Below, piece by piece: positions 29,414-39,080 of a stretch of DNA of 64,000 bases (positions are counted from its first letter, which is position 1; every line of letters begins with the position of its first letter). The position numbers and the translations under genes are program-made. The notes below the pieces were generated by a model. It made no database searches, was not told the DNA's origin, and saw only the letters and a list, made by a program, of their open reading frames with translations. Source of the stretch: Clostridia bacterium (GTDB lineage: Bacteria; Bacillota; Clostridia; UMGS1883; UMGS1540); NCBI GenBank assembly GCA_045533905.1, contig JAZSIR010000012.1, positions 1 through 64,000 of the forward strand, written 5' to 3'.

Positions 29414-30664
29414 TTAGAGCATTGCGATAAGCGCATCTATATCCGTAAGGCTCACCGCTGTTTTTTCGCCTGTTTCCATATTCTTAAGTTCAGCCTCGCC
29501 GTTTTTCACTTCGTCCTCGCCGAGAACGATGGAAAAAGCAGCACCGAGTCTGTCTGCATTTTTCATCTGGGCTTTGAGGCTTCGCCCTGCCACATCGCAA
29601 ACGGCGCAGATGCCTTTTTCGCGAAGGGACTGTGTAAGAGCCAGTGCCTTGCCTGTCTGCCCGATAGAGGCTACGAAAATGCGGGGCACATCTGCTGCAG
29701 CTATCTCAATGCCCTGGGCTTTCATAACGAGAAGGATTCGCTCAATGCCTGTTGCAAAACCGATGCCGGGGCCCTTCGCACCACCGAGTTCTTCCAAAAG
29801 CCCGTCATAACGGCCACCACCGCAAACAGTACCCTGTGCGCCGATTTGTGTCGAAACAAATTCGAAAACGGTGCGCGTATAGTAGTCAAGTCCACGTACG
29901 ATGGTGGGATCAATTGCAAAGGGAATGTTCATTTCCTTTAAATACCCCTGCACGGCTTCAAAATGCGCGCGGCAATCGTCGCAAATATACTCGAGAATGT
30001 GCGGCGCATCTTTTGCCACTTCCTTGCAAATGGGGCTCTTGCAGTCGAGAATGCGCATAGGATTTTTGCCAAGACGCGTATTACAGGTTTCACAAAGCGT
30101 TTCGCTATGTGCGGAAAGGTAAGCCGTGAGCGCTTCGTTATATTTCTTTCGGCATTCAGGGCAACCGATACTGTTGAGGTTTACGGAAAGACCGGAAATG
30201 CCGAGGTTTTTGAAAATGGTAGAGCCGAGTGCAATAATTTCTGCATCGAGCGCCGGGTCTTCACTGCCAAAGGCTTCAATACCAAACTGATGAAACTCGC
30301 GAAGTCTGCCTGCCTGCGGCTTTTCATATCGGTAGCAGGAAACCGAATAGTAAAGTTTCACCGGCTGGGGAAGGGCCTGCATAGAATGTTCAATATAGGC
30401 GCGTGCGGCGGAAGCGGTGCCTTCGGGGCGGAGGGTGATGCTGCGATCGCCCTTATCCGTGAAGGTGTACATTTCCTTTTGCACAACGTCTGTAGTATCG
30501 CCAACGCCGCGCTGGAAAAGCTCGGTATGTTCAAACACGGGCGTGCGGATTTCTTCATATCCGAAATTGCGTGCGGTTTCGGCTGCTGTTTTTTCCACAA
30601 AACGCCAGATTGGAGCGTCTTTGGGGAGGATATCAGCCGTGCCGCGGGGTGCTTTGATAGCCAT
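29414..30664 (-). CDS. hisS: Histidine-tRNA ligase
   Basis: LRPEGTA, GRLREFHQ, RGLDYY, GGGRYD. Confidence 0.98.
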   Translation of the reverse strand: MAIKAPRGTADILPKDAPIWRFVEKTAAETARNFGYEEIRTPVFEHTELFQRGVGDTTDVVQKEMYTFTDKGDRSITLRPEGTASAARAYIEHSMQALPQPVKLYYSVSCYRYEKPQAGRLREFHQFGIEAFGSEDPALDAEIIALGSTIFKNLGISGLSVNLNSIGCPECRKKYNEALTAYLSAHSETLCETCNTRLGKNPMRILDCKSPICKEVAKDAPHILEYICDDCRAHFEAVQGYLKEMNIPFAIDPTIVRGLDYYTRTVFEFVSTQIGAQGTVCGGGRYDGLLEELGGAKGPGIGFATGIERILLVMKAQGIEIAAADVPRIFVASIGQTGKALALTQSLREKGICAVCDVAGRSLKAQMKNADRLGAAFSIVLGEDEVKNGEAELKNMETGEKTAVSLTDIDALIAML

Positions 30665-30725
30665 AAAAATCCCTTTCTTTCTCGCAGTAGATACACGAGG
30701 GCATACTGCTTTGATAATACCATAT

Positions 30726-30755
30726 ATTTTACCCGAAAATATATGGTTCTGTCAA
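30726..30755 (-). promoter_or_regulatory. Sigma-A promoter of hisS, overlapped by a 12-bp inverted repeat
   Basis: TTGACA-N18-TAAAAT on the minus strand. Confidence 0.55.
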
Positions 30756-30808
30756 GTGTTACAGAATAAAATTTACATATTATACATCTTTTTTTATGCG
30801 GAATTTTT

Positions 30809-30838
30809 GTCATATTCGGGACAATTCGTCCATATACT
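30809..30838 (+). promoter_or_regulatory. Sigma-E (mother cell) promoter of spoIVA
   Basis: GTCATATT-N14-CATATACT, matching the sigma-E consensus. Confidence 0.75.
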
Positions 30839-30868
30839 GTATAAACATTTCGCTAAGGAGGCAAAAGC

Positions 30869-32338
30869 ATGCACATATACGAGGATATTGCAAAGCGGAC
30901 AGATGGCGATATTTACATCGGCGTTGTCGGGCCCGTGCGAACGGGGAAATCCACTTTTATCAAGAAGTTTATGGATCTTTTGGTGCTCCCGAATATTGAG
31001 GGCGACGGCAGGCGGCAAAGGGCGCAGGATGAGCTGCCGCAAAGCGCGGCCGGCCGTACGATTATGACCACAGAGCCGAAGTTTATTCCAAACGAGGCGG
31101 TAGAGGTCCGGATGGATGGCGGCGTCACCATGAAAATGCGAATGATTGACTGTGTTGGATATCTCGTAGACGGCGCTTTGGGCAGTACGGAAGACGGAGA
31201 AATGCGGATGGTCAAAACGCCGTGGTTCTCTGAAGAAATCCCCTTTGACCGCGCGGCGGAAATCGGAACACAGAAGGTCATCCGCGAGCATTCCACCATC
31301 GGTCTTGTCATCACTACAGACGGCACAATCACGGAAATCGAAAGAGAATGCTACATTCCCGCAGAAGAAAGAGTTATACGGGAACTTTCTGCACTCGGAA
31401 AACCGTTTGTCGTAATCTTGAACAGCACCCAGCCGCACAGTCCGGCCTGCCTTACTCTTCGGGAAGAGATGGAAGAAAAATACGGCGTTCCCGTACTGCC
31501 GTTTGACTGTGCCGCACTTGACAGGGATGATATCAATCATATTATAGAAGAAATTCTGTATGCTTTTCCGCTTACGGAAATCGGGATAGATTTGCCGGGC
31601 TTTATGCGCGGTCTTGATGATACCGATGAAATCAAAAAGAACCTTCTGGCAGCCATTTCCGAAAGTATGAAGGGTGCTTCTTGTGTGCGCCATATTGAGG
31701 GCATGCTGCAAAAGATTACAGAGTCACCTTATGCAAAAAATGCTTATGTAGAGGAAATTGATCTCGCAAGTGGACGCGTTCGTGCCGGGATCACTGCACC
31801 GGATGGGCTTTTTTATAAGGTACTCGGCCGCGAAACGGGGCTTGAAATTCCGGATGAAGAACAGCTTATGAAGGTGATGCGCGAGCTTTCAGCGGCGAAA
31901 AAGAAATATGACAAACTTGCCTATGCGCTGCACGAAGTGGAGGAGAGAGGCTACGGCATCGTAACACCGGATACGGAGGACCTACACCTTGAGGAACCGG
32001 AAATCGTGCGACACGGCGGTAAGTTCGGGATTCGCCTTCGCGCGAGCGCTCCGTCCATACATATGATCCGCGCAGATGTGGAAACAGAGGTAAGTCCCAT
32101 CGTAGGCACGGAAAAACAGTCAGAAGAGCTGGTGGAATATCTCCTCAGCGAGTTTGAGGTTGACCCGAAAAAGATATGGGAATCGAATCTTTTCGGCAAA
32201 TCTCTCCATGCACTTGTGAATGAAGGCCTGCATAATAAGCTTTCGCGAATGCCGGGGGAAGCGCAGGCAAAACTGCAGGAGACGCTGGAACGCATCATAA
32301 ACGAAGGCAGCGGGGGACTTATTTGCATCATTTTATAA
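30869..32338 (+). CDS. spoIVA: Stage IV sporulation protein A
   Basis: GVVGPVRTGKSTFIK, TTEPKF, C-terminal GSGGLICIIL. Confidence 0.98.
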   Translation: MHIYEDIAKRTDGDIYIGVVGPVRTGKSTFIKKFMDLLVLPNIEGDGRRQRAQDELPQSAAGRTIMTTEPKFIPNEAVEVRMDGGVTMKMRMIDCVGYLVDGALGSTEDGEMRMVKTPWFSEEIPFDRAAEIGTQKVIREHSTIGLVITTDGTITEIERECYIPAEERVIRELSALGKPFVVILNSTQPHSPACLTLREEMEEKYGVPVLPFDCAALDRDDINHIIEEILYAFPLTEIGIDLPGFMRGLDDTDEIKKNLLAAISESMKGASCVRHIEGMLQKITESPYAKNAYVEEIDLASGRVRAGITAPDGLFYKVLGRETGLEIPDEEQLMKVMRELSAAKKKYDKLAYALHEVEERGYGIVTPDTEDLHLEEPEIVRHGGKFGIRLRASAPSIHMIRADVETEVSPIVGTEKQSEELVEYLLSEFEVDPKKIWESNLFGKSLHALVNEGLHNKLSRMPGEAQAKLQETLERIINEGSGGLICIIL

Positions 32339-32347
32339 CAGAAAATC

Positions 32348-32377
32348 AAAAGGCTTGCAAAAATTGCAAGCCTTTTT
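32348..32377. terminator. Bidirectional terminator
   Basis: AAAAGGCTTGCAA..TTGCAAGCCTTTTT. Confidence 0.85.
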
Positions 32378-32381
32378 GGTG

Positions 32382-33218
32382 CTAATATTTTTTCGTCATC
32401 AGCGCGTGCTCGGTTTCCTTTATGGATTGTACAGCTTTTTCGGAACGGTTCAAAACAATGTAATGATACAGAACATTTATGATGGCGAGCTGTACAAGAC
32501 GGGAACTGAGACCTAAAATCGTATATTCCGTTTCATCTGCAGAGGTGAAGAGGGGGATATCCGTGACCTTCAGAATAGGAGATTTGCCACTGTTTGTAAT
32601 GGCAATGGTAGTAGCGCCCTGCGCTTTGGCAAGGCGAAGTGCATCCACGATGTCTTTGGAGGAGCCGGAATGCGAAATGCCGATCGCTACATCATTTTTT
32701 TCAAGATGCGAAGCGGCAATCACCTGCATGTGGTTGTCGGAATATGCCACGGCATTAAGACCTGCACGAAGAAATTTGTGGCTGGCATCCGTCGCAACAG
32801 ATGCAGAGTTGCCAAGCCCAAAAAGTACAATTTTATTTGCAGACAGTATCTTCTCGCATGCAGCCGCGAGGGAAGCGGAGTCAAGCGATTTTTTTGTTTT
32901 CTCAAAAGAAAGGTAGATATCCTCGCAAATCTTTTGATACATTTCAAAAGGCGTATCTTCCGCGGAAATACCGGTGCTGATAGGGGAACCGCCGCCTTCT
33001 GCTGCAAGCGAAATTTTCAGTTCCTGATAGCCGGAAAGGCCAAGCCTTTTGGAAAAGCGCACAATGGTAGCTTCGGAGCATTTGCATTTTTCCGCGAGGT
33101 CTACGATAGAAAGGGAAATGATTTTCCCCGGATTTTCAAAAATCCAATCTGCGATTTGTTTTTCGGCTTTTCCCATTTCGCCGTACAGCATTTTTATGTT
33201 CAGAGAAACTTTATCCAT
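32382..33218 (-). CDS. MurR/RpiR family transcriptional regulator
   Basis: SEATIVRF..LG.SGY HTH; SIS domain GLGNS, ISHSG. Confidence 0.95.
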   Translation of the reverse strand: MDKVSLNIKMLYGEMGKAEKQIADWIFENPGKIISLSIVDLAEKCKCSEATIVRFSKRLGLSGYQELKISLAAEGGGSPISTGISAEDTPFEMYQKICEDIYLSFEKTKKSLDSASLAAACEKILSANKIVLFGLGNSASVATDASHKFLRAGLNAVAYSDNHMQVIAASHLEKNDVAIGISHSGSSKDIVDALRLAKAQGATTIAITNSGKSPILKVTDIPLFTSADETEYTILGLSSRLVQLAIINVLYHYIVLNRSEKAVQSIKETEHALMTKKY

Positions 33219-33228
33219 ACGATCCACC

Positions 33229-33371
33229 TGTAAAATTATTTTCATTTTTAGTTTAACATATAAAAAATAATTTGTCAAATATAAAAATTTTTTTCAAAAA
33301 CTATTGAAAAGAGAAAATGGGCGTGCTATAATTAATGAGTACTAAAATGCACCAATATGAAAAATTTTTCA
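33229..33371. promoter_or_regulatory. Divergent control region: sigma-A promoter plus candidate RpiR operators
   Basis: TTGAAA-N17-TATAAT (33304-33332); palindrome TGAAAAATTTTTCA (33358-33371); TGTAAAATTATTTTCA (33229-33244). Confidence 0.65.
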
Positions 33372-33380
33372 AGGAGTGGT

Positions 33381-34787
33381 ATGATGCTGGACTACAAGGT
33401 GAAAATCGGCCTCGTTCCCGATGTGCGTGATCTTTTTGACTTTGCAACGCGCAAGGGGATTTTCGAGCCGGCAAAAGGTGTGGAAAATAAAAATCGCGCA
33501 GTTTCCTTTATTAAGGAAAACTTCGAAGATGAAATCACATCTTTTTGCGATCTGGAATGGCTGAATGAACTGGGCGTACTGTATAAGAATGCAGATTGCG
33601 ACAAGGTATGCGAATATCTGAGAGCAGAAAAGGTGGACGCTATCTTCATTATTAACTGCAACTTCGGCAATGAAGAGGTTTGCGGCCAGCTTGCAAAGAA
33701 AATGCAGCTTCCTGTTCTCTTATGGGGACCGCAGGATATGGTCTTTGACGAAAACGGGCAGAGATATACCGACGCGCAGTGCGGCCTTTTTGCTATCAGT
33801 AAAGAGCTTCGCCGTTATGGGGTGCCGTTCTCTTATATTGAAAATTGCCCCGTAGAAAGCGAAACATTCGCAGAAGGCTTCAAAAAATTCTTGTCTGTTG
33901 TAACCATGCTGAAAAACTTCCAGAAGCTTCGCGTGGTGCAGGTGGGAACAAGACTCAACCCTTTCAAAAGCGTTATGTATAACGAACTTGAGCTTATGCA
34001 AAAGTTCGGCATCAATATGAATACGGTCAATATGTCCGTAGTAGAAGAAAAATTCCGCAAAACATACGAAGAAAAGCAGGATGTTTTAAAGGAAGAAGTG
34101 GCGAAACTTAAAGAGGTGTATGACACCGCAGGGCTTGACGATACGCTTCTTGCCAAAATGATGAACTTCGTGCATGTATATAAGGAAATCTTCGAAGAAC
34201 TCGATGCAGATGTCCTCGCCAGCGAATGCTGGACTTCGATGCCCCTTGCATTCGGCGCAAATCCGTGCCTTGCTATGAGCATCCTGTACGATATGGGCTA
34301 TATCGTTACCTGCGAATCGGACATTCACGGCGCTATCACAAATGCGCTTCTCCAGTGCGCTTCCCGCGGAAAAGACAAGCCGATTTTCGGTGAATTCACC
34401 GTACGCCATCCGGAGAATAAGAATGCAGAGCTTCTCTGGCATTGCGGCCCGTTCCCGATTTCCACGAAGGATGAAAACGTGAAGGCAAAGCTCTTTAATA
34501 CAAAGCCGAGCTTTAAAACGAAGGATGGCGAATACACCATCGCACGCTTCCAGGGTGATAACGGGAATTACACACTCCTTGGCGGCGAGTTTAAAACGAC
34601 CGATGGACCGCTTTCTTTCGGCAACTATATGTGGGCCGAATTTCGCGATTGGGCTAAGATAGAAAGAAAGATGATTGAAGGGCCGTATATCCACCATATG
34701 AGTGAAGTATACGGAAAGTATGCGGATACGCTCCGCGAATTCTGTAAGTTTGTACCGGGTCTTACCTTTGACCCGATTGAAGAATAA
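33381..34787 (+). CDS. L-fucose/L-arabinose isomerase-like protein (SqvD/SftI-like subfamily)
   Basis: CNFG.E, PVLLWGP, D.QCGLFA, ECW, CESDIHG, LLWHCGPFP, GPYIHH. Confidence 0.8.
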   Translation: MMLDYKVKIGLVPDVRDLFDFATRKGIFEPAKGVENKNRAVSFIKENFEDEITSFCDLEWLNELGVLYKNADCDKVCEYLRAEKVDAIFIINCNFGNEEVCGQLAKKMQLPVLLWGPQDMVFDENGQRYTDAQCGLFAISKELRRYGVPFSYIENCPVESETFAEGFKKFLSVVTMLKNFQKLRVVQVGTRLNPFKSVMYNELELMQKFGINMNTVNMSVVEEKFRKTYEEKQDVLKEEVAKLKEVYDTAGLDDTLLAKMMNFVHVYKEIFEELDADVLASECWTSMPLAFGANPCLAMSILYDMGYIVTCESDIHGAITNALLQCASRGKDKPIFGEFTVRHPENKNAELLWHCGPFPISTKDENVKAKLFNTKPSFKTKDGEYTIARFQGDNGNYTLLGGEFKTTDGPLSFGNYMWAEFRDWAKIERKMIEGPYIHHMSEVYGKYADTLREFCKFVPGLTFDPIEE

Positions 34788-34800
34788 TAAAGAAAGAAGG

Positions 34801-36231
34801 ATGAACATGACAGACTTTTTGTTTGATGTAATTGCAACCGAGCTTGAGGATGCAGTTGGAAGAGAAAATTGCTCTACCAGAACCATTGATAAGATTTCCC
34901 ATAGCGTTGACTATTTCTGGCTTTCCAGAATGTGGGCAGACCGTGGCCTCCGTATGCCGGAAGGTGACTTTATTGTAGCACCGAAGGATGCAAAGGAAGT
35001 TTCGGCTGTTTTGAAAATCGCAAACTACTACAAAATCCCCGTAACCACTTGGGGCGCAGGCGGCGGCACACAGGGTGGTGCTATCCCCGTTTGCGGCGGC
35101 ATTGTGCTCGACACAAAGCGCATGAATAAGATTTATGATGTAAATGAACAGGGCATGTACATAGAATGCGGCACAGGTGCTATTTATAAGCATATCGAGT
35201 GGGCGGCAAACGAAAAAGGGTATGCTACTATGCACTATCCGTCTTCGCTTACCTGCTCTACCGTTGGCGGCTTCCTCGCACACCGCGGTATCGGCGTTTC
35301 GTCCACAAAGTACGGCAAGATTGATGACATGGTACTCCAGATGGAAGTTGTTCTCCCGAACGGCGACATTATCGAAACCTCGCCGGCACCGAAGCATGCG
35401 GCAGGCCCCGATTTAAACCAGATTTTCATCGGTTCTGAAGGTACACTCGGTGTTATGACGAAGGCGCAGATGCGCATTTACGAACAGCCGGAATCGCGCC
35501 AGTTCAGAGGATTTTTGTTCCATAACATGACAGATGCATTCAACGCAAGCCGCGAACTTTTGCAGAAGTTTAAGCCTTCCGTTATGCGTCTTTATGACGA
35601 AGCAGAAACTGCATCCCTTATCAAGAAGATCGTTGGCGTTGAGAAAAAGGGCGCATTTATGAATATTGCCATTGAAGGCGTAAAGGAAATGGCAGACCTT
35701 GAAATGAAAATCCTTCTCGAAACCTTTGGCAAATACGGCGCAGAAGACCTCGGCTCCGAATACGGCGAAAAATGGTGGAAGGAAAAGATTACCTTCTTCT
35801 ATCCCGGCCATATGATGGATATTCCGCAGTGCTTCGGTACTATGGATACCATCGCACCGTACGATAAGATTGAAAAGATTTACTGGGCCATGAAGGAAGC
35901 TATCGAAACGAACTTCCCGCAGGCCAAGTTCATTGCCCACTTCTCGCACTGGTATGAATGGGGCGCCATGATTTATGACCGCTTTATCGTAGACGGCAAG
36001 GACGTACCGAAGGATCCGCACGAAGCTTTCCGTCTCCACCAGGCCATCTGGAACTGTGGTGTAAGAACGGCACTTGCAAACGGCGGTGTTGTAAATGACC
36101 ACCACGGCGTTGGTATCAAGCTCGGCCGCCTCATGAAGGAACAGTACGGCCCGGCTATGCAGGTATTTGAAGGAATTAAGAAGAGCCTTGACCCGAACGG
36201 CATTATGAATCCGTTCAAGCTCGGTTTATAA
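34801..36231 (+). CDS. FAD-linked oxidoreductase, alkyl-DHAP-synthase/YgcU-like (VAO/PCMH superfamily)
   Basis: STVGG, STKYGKIDD, GPDL..FIGSEGTLG, HFSHWY, HHGVG, LDPNGIMNP. Confidence 0.88.
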   Translation: MNMTDFLFDVIATELEDAVGRENCSTRTIDKISHSVDYFWLSRMWADRGLRMPEGDFIVAPKDAKEVSAVLKIANYYKIPVTTWGAGGGTQGGAIPVCGGIVLDTKRMNKIYDVNEQGMYIECGTGAIYKHIEWAANEKGYATMHYPSSLTCSTVGGFLAHRGIGVSSTKYGKIDDMVLQMEVVLPNGDIIETSPAPKHAAGPDLNQIFIGSEGTLGVMTKAQMRIYEQPESRQFRGFLFHNMTDAFNASRELLQKFKPSVMRLYDEAETASLIKKIVGVEKKGAFMNIAIEGVKEMADLEMKILLETFGKYGAEDLGSEYGEKWWKEKITFFYPGHMMDIPQCFGTMDTIAPYDKIEKIYWAMKEAIETNFPQAKFIAHFSHWYEWGAMIYDRFIVDGKDVPKDPHEAFRLHQAIWNCGVRTALANGGVVNDHHGVGIKLGRLMKEQYGPAMQVFEGIKKSLDPNGIMNPFKLGL

Positions 36232-36246
36232 TAGGAGGGAAACGAA

Positions 36247-37317
36247 ATGCAATTCACACAAAAAGCAAAAGAACATATTGATTCCTGCCGTTTCTGCTGG
36301 ATGTGCCACCATGTATGCCCGATTGGCAATGCCACGGGTCTTGAAAGAAACACCGCAAGAGCAAGAGCCCTTGGTCTTTCCATGGTTGCACGCGAAGCAA
36401 TTGAATATTCTGATGATATCGTTTCTAACGTATATGAATGCTCCCTTTGCGGCGCATGTATGACAGATTGCGTCACAGGCTGGGATCCGGTTATGTTTAC
36501 AAAAGAAGCAAGACTCGGTGCCGCGCTTGACGGCAAGCTCCCCGAATACATAACCCGCATGCTCCAAAACCTCTCGGAAAAAGGCAATGTATACGGCGCA
36601 GAAAAGAATACAAACATCCCTGTTTTTGAAGATGGCGAAACGCTCTTTTTCCTTGGCGAAGATGCAAGAGCAAAAGGCTGTGCAAAGTACGCTGTGGAAC
36701 TTCTTAAAAAAGCAGGCGTTTCCTTCGCTGTTTTAGCGGATGAGCCCAGTAGCGGCTATTCGATGGACTTTCTCGTAGGTGCCGCCGCAGAAACCAAGAC
36801 GATGATGGAAAACTGCGCCAAGGTTTTAAATGGCTATAAGAAAGTAATTTGCTATGATCCGGCAGATGCGAAGGTTATGAAGCGTGAATACAAGGAATGG
36901 GGCATTGCTCTCGATGCGGAAGTAGTTACATTCACTTCCTTCCTCCAAGAGCTTATCGCTTCCGGTGCATTAAAGCTGCAGAAGAAAGCAGGAAAGTTCA
37001 TGCCGCAGGAAAGCCCGATTTTAGCACGTGACCTTGAAGAAACACAGCCGATTCGCGATATTCTCTCGGCATGCGGCGAAGTTTCCGAAATGCTTCTCTC
37101 CGGCAAATACACCCAGCTTGCAGGTAACCTCATTATGAACGAATACATGCCGGAAGTTATGGAAAAGGTTGCAAAGAACAGATGGGAAAACGCTAAGAAT
37201 ATGGGCGTTGAAACTCTGGTTACTACAAGCACGGCAGAATACATTCTCCTTGAAAAGACAAAGCCGGAAGGCGCAAATCTTTTGAAGCTTGAGGAGGCCG
37301 TATATCAATGCTTGTAA
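36247..37317 (+). CDS. (Fe-S)-binding protein, GlpC/GlcF-like
   Basis: CRFCWMCHHVCP and CSLCGACMTDC ferredoxin motifs; degenerate CCG-type domains. Confidence 0.82.
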   Translation: MQFTQKAKEHIDSCRFCWMCHHVCPIGNATGLERNTARARALGLSMVAREAIEYSDDIVSNVYECSLCGACMTDCVTGWDPVMFTKEARLGAALDGKLPEYITRMLQNLSEKGNVYGAEKNTNIPVFEDGETLFFLGEDARAKGCAKYAVELLKKAGVSFAVLADEPSSGYSMDFLVGAAAETKTMMENCAKVLNGYKKVICYDPADAKVMKREYKEWGIALDAEVVTFTSFLQELIASGALKLQKKAGKFMPQESPILARDLEETQPIRDILSACGEVSEMLLSGKYTQLAGNLIMNEYMPEVMEKVAKNRWENAKNMGVETLVTTSTAEYILLEKTKPEGANLLKLEEAVYQCL

Positions 37318-38147
37318 ATCTCAAAACGGTTTTAGATCTTGCAGAGAAAGGCAATTTTGCCATTCCCGCGTTTAATGTTTACAACATGGAAACAGTCATG
37401 GGCGTTTTGGATGCGGCGGAGGAAATGCGCGCGTCTGTTATTATGCAGGTGTATCCGCGCCTTATGAAGGAGAAGGCAGGCTATTTTGTGGCGCCGGTTG
37501 TTCTTGCGGCCGCTGCAAAGGCCACAGTTCCGGTATGCTTTCACCTTGACCATGGCCCGTCGGAACTTGAAACCACGCGCTCTCTTCGCTATGGCGCAAC
37601 CGGCATAATGCTTGACGGATCGACGCTTCCGTTTGAAGAAAACATCCGCCTCACACGCCGCGTGGTAGAAACCTGCGCGCATGTGGATGTGCAGGTAGAG
37701 GGGGAGCTTGGTCATGTGGGCATGACGAATGACAATGAAATGGACGAATTCACAACACCGGAGGATGCAAAGCGTTTTATTGAAGAGACGGGCGTTTCCT
37801 GCCTCGCAGTGGCCGTAGGTACGGCACACGGCAGATACAAAAAACCCCCGAAGCTTGATATTGAACGTATTGAAGCTATCCGTAAGGCTACGGGCGGCGC
37901 GGCTCTCGTTCTGCACGGCGGTAGCGGCGTGCCGGATGAGGAAATTAAGAAGGCAGTTTCGGCAGGTGTTCGCAAAATGAACTTTGCAACGGATGTTTGC
38001 TATGCATTTTTAGATACTTGCCTTTCGGAACTCCAAAAGCCGGACCGCGCAGTTGCGATTGACAATTTCATGAAGAAACCGATTGAAGCAGTAAAAGAAT
38101 TCTGCATTTCAAGAATTAAACTTGTAGGTGCAGACGGAAAGGCATAA
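37308..38147 (+). CDS. Class II ketose-bisphosphate aldolase
   Basis: PAFNV, HLDH, VEGELGHV, GTAHG, VLHGGSG. Confidence 0.93.
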   Translation: MLVNLKTVLDLAEKGNFAIPAFNVYNMETVMGVLDAAEEMRASVIMQVYPRLMKEKAGYFVAPVVLAAAAKATVPVCFHLDHGPSELETTRSLRYGATGIMLDGSTLPFEENIRLTRRVVETCAHVDVQVEGELGHVGMTNDNEMDEFTTPEDAKRFIEETGVSCLAVAVGTAHGRYKKPPKLDIERIEAIRKATGGAALVLHGGSGVPDEEIKKAVSAGVRKMNFATDVCYAFLDTCLSELQKPDRAVAIDNFMKKPIEAVKEFCISRIKLVGADGKA

Positions 38148-38150
38148 AGT

Positions 38151-39080
38151 ATGAGTAAAATAGTAGGTATTGGCGCAAATGTTTGTGATACACTGATTAC
38201 GCTTCCGTACTATCCGCCTGAAGACACAAAATTACGCGCTTCGTCTGTGATGCAAAGCGGCGGCGGCCCTTGCGCCACCGGCCTTTGCGCTGCCTCGGTA
38301 CTTGGCGCAGACTGTGCCTATATCGGCAAACTTACCGATGACAGCGCCGGAGAATTCTTGCAAAAAGATTTGGCAAAATACGGCGTTTCTGACCGCTTGG
38401 TTGTTCTGGAACCCGGATACACTTCTTTTTCCTCTTTCATTTGGCTTTCAGATGCAGAGGCAACGAGAACGTGTGTGTTTCATAAAGGCGATATTCCGGT
38501 ATGGTCCTTAAACGAAGCACAAAAAGAGGCTATTCGAGATGCCAAAGTCCTGATGATAGACGGAAACGATATGCAGGCGGCGCTTGAAGGCGTGAAAATC
38601 GCACGAGAAAGCGGCACAAAAGTACTTTATGATGCCGGCGGCCTCTATGAAGGCGTAGAAAATCTTTTGCCGTATGCGGACATTTTAATCCCTTCTGAGG
38701 AATTTGCTCTCGGGCACACGGGTGCAAAAACGGCAGAGGATGCGGCAGTACTTCTTTTCGAAAAATACGCCCCCGAGATTGTGGCGATCACAAGAGGGAA
38801 AGAGGGCGGCGTCCTCTATGACGGAAAAGAAGTGCAAAAATATGAAGCATTTCTTGTGGATGCCGTAGATTCTAACGGCTCCGGCGATGTGTTTCATGGC
38901 GCATTTGCATATGCCGTTACAAAAAATATGACATATCCGAAGGCGTGCATCTTCTCAAGCGCAGTTTCCGCACTGAAATGCACCAAAATCGGCGCAAGGG
39001 CATCTGTGCCTGCGCTTTCCGATGTTATTAAATTTTTGAAGGAGCGTGGAAAAAATGAATTTGAAGAAATCCTGGAATAA
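38151..39080 (+). CDS. PfkB family sugar kinase (YihV/sulfofructose-kinase-like)
   Basis: GGGPCATG, DSNGSGDVFHGAF, SALKCT. Confidence 0.88.
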   Translation: MSKIVGIGANVCDTLITLPYYPPEDTKLRASSVMQSGGGPCATGLCAASVLGADCAYIGKLTDDSAGEFLQKDLAKYGVSDRLVVLEPGYTSFSSFIWLSDAEATRTCVFHKGDIPVWSLNEAQKEAIRDAKVLMIDGNDMQAALEGVKIARESGTKVLYDAGGLYEGVENLLPYADILIPSEEFALGHTGAKTAEDAAVLLFEKYAPEIVAITRGKEGGVLYDGKEVQKYEAFLVDAVDSNGSGDVFHGAFAYAVTKNMTYPKACIFSSAVSALKCTKIGARASVPALSDVIKFLKERGKNEFEEILE

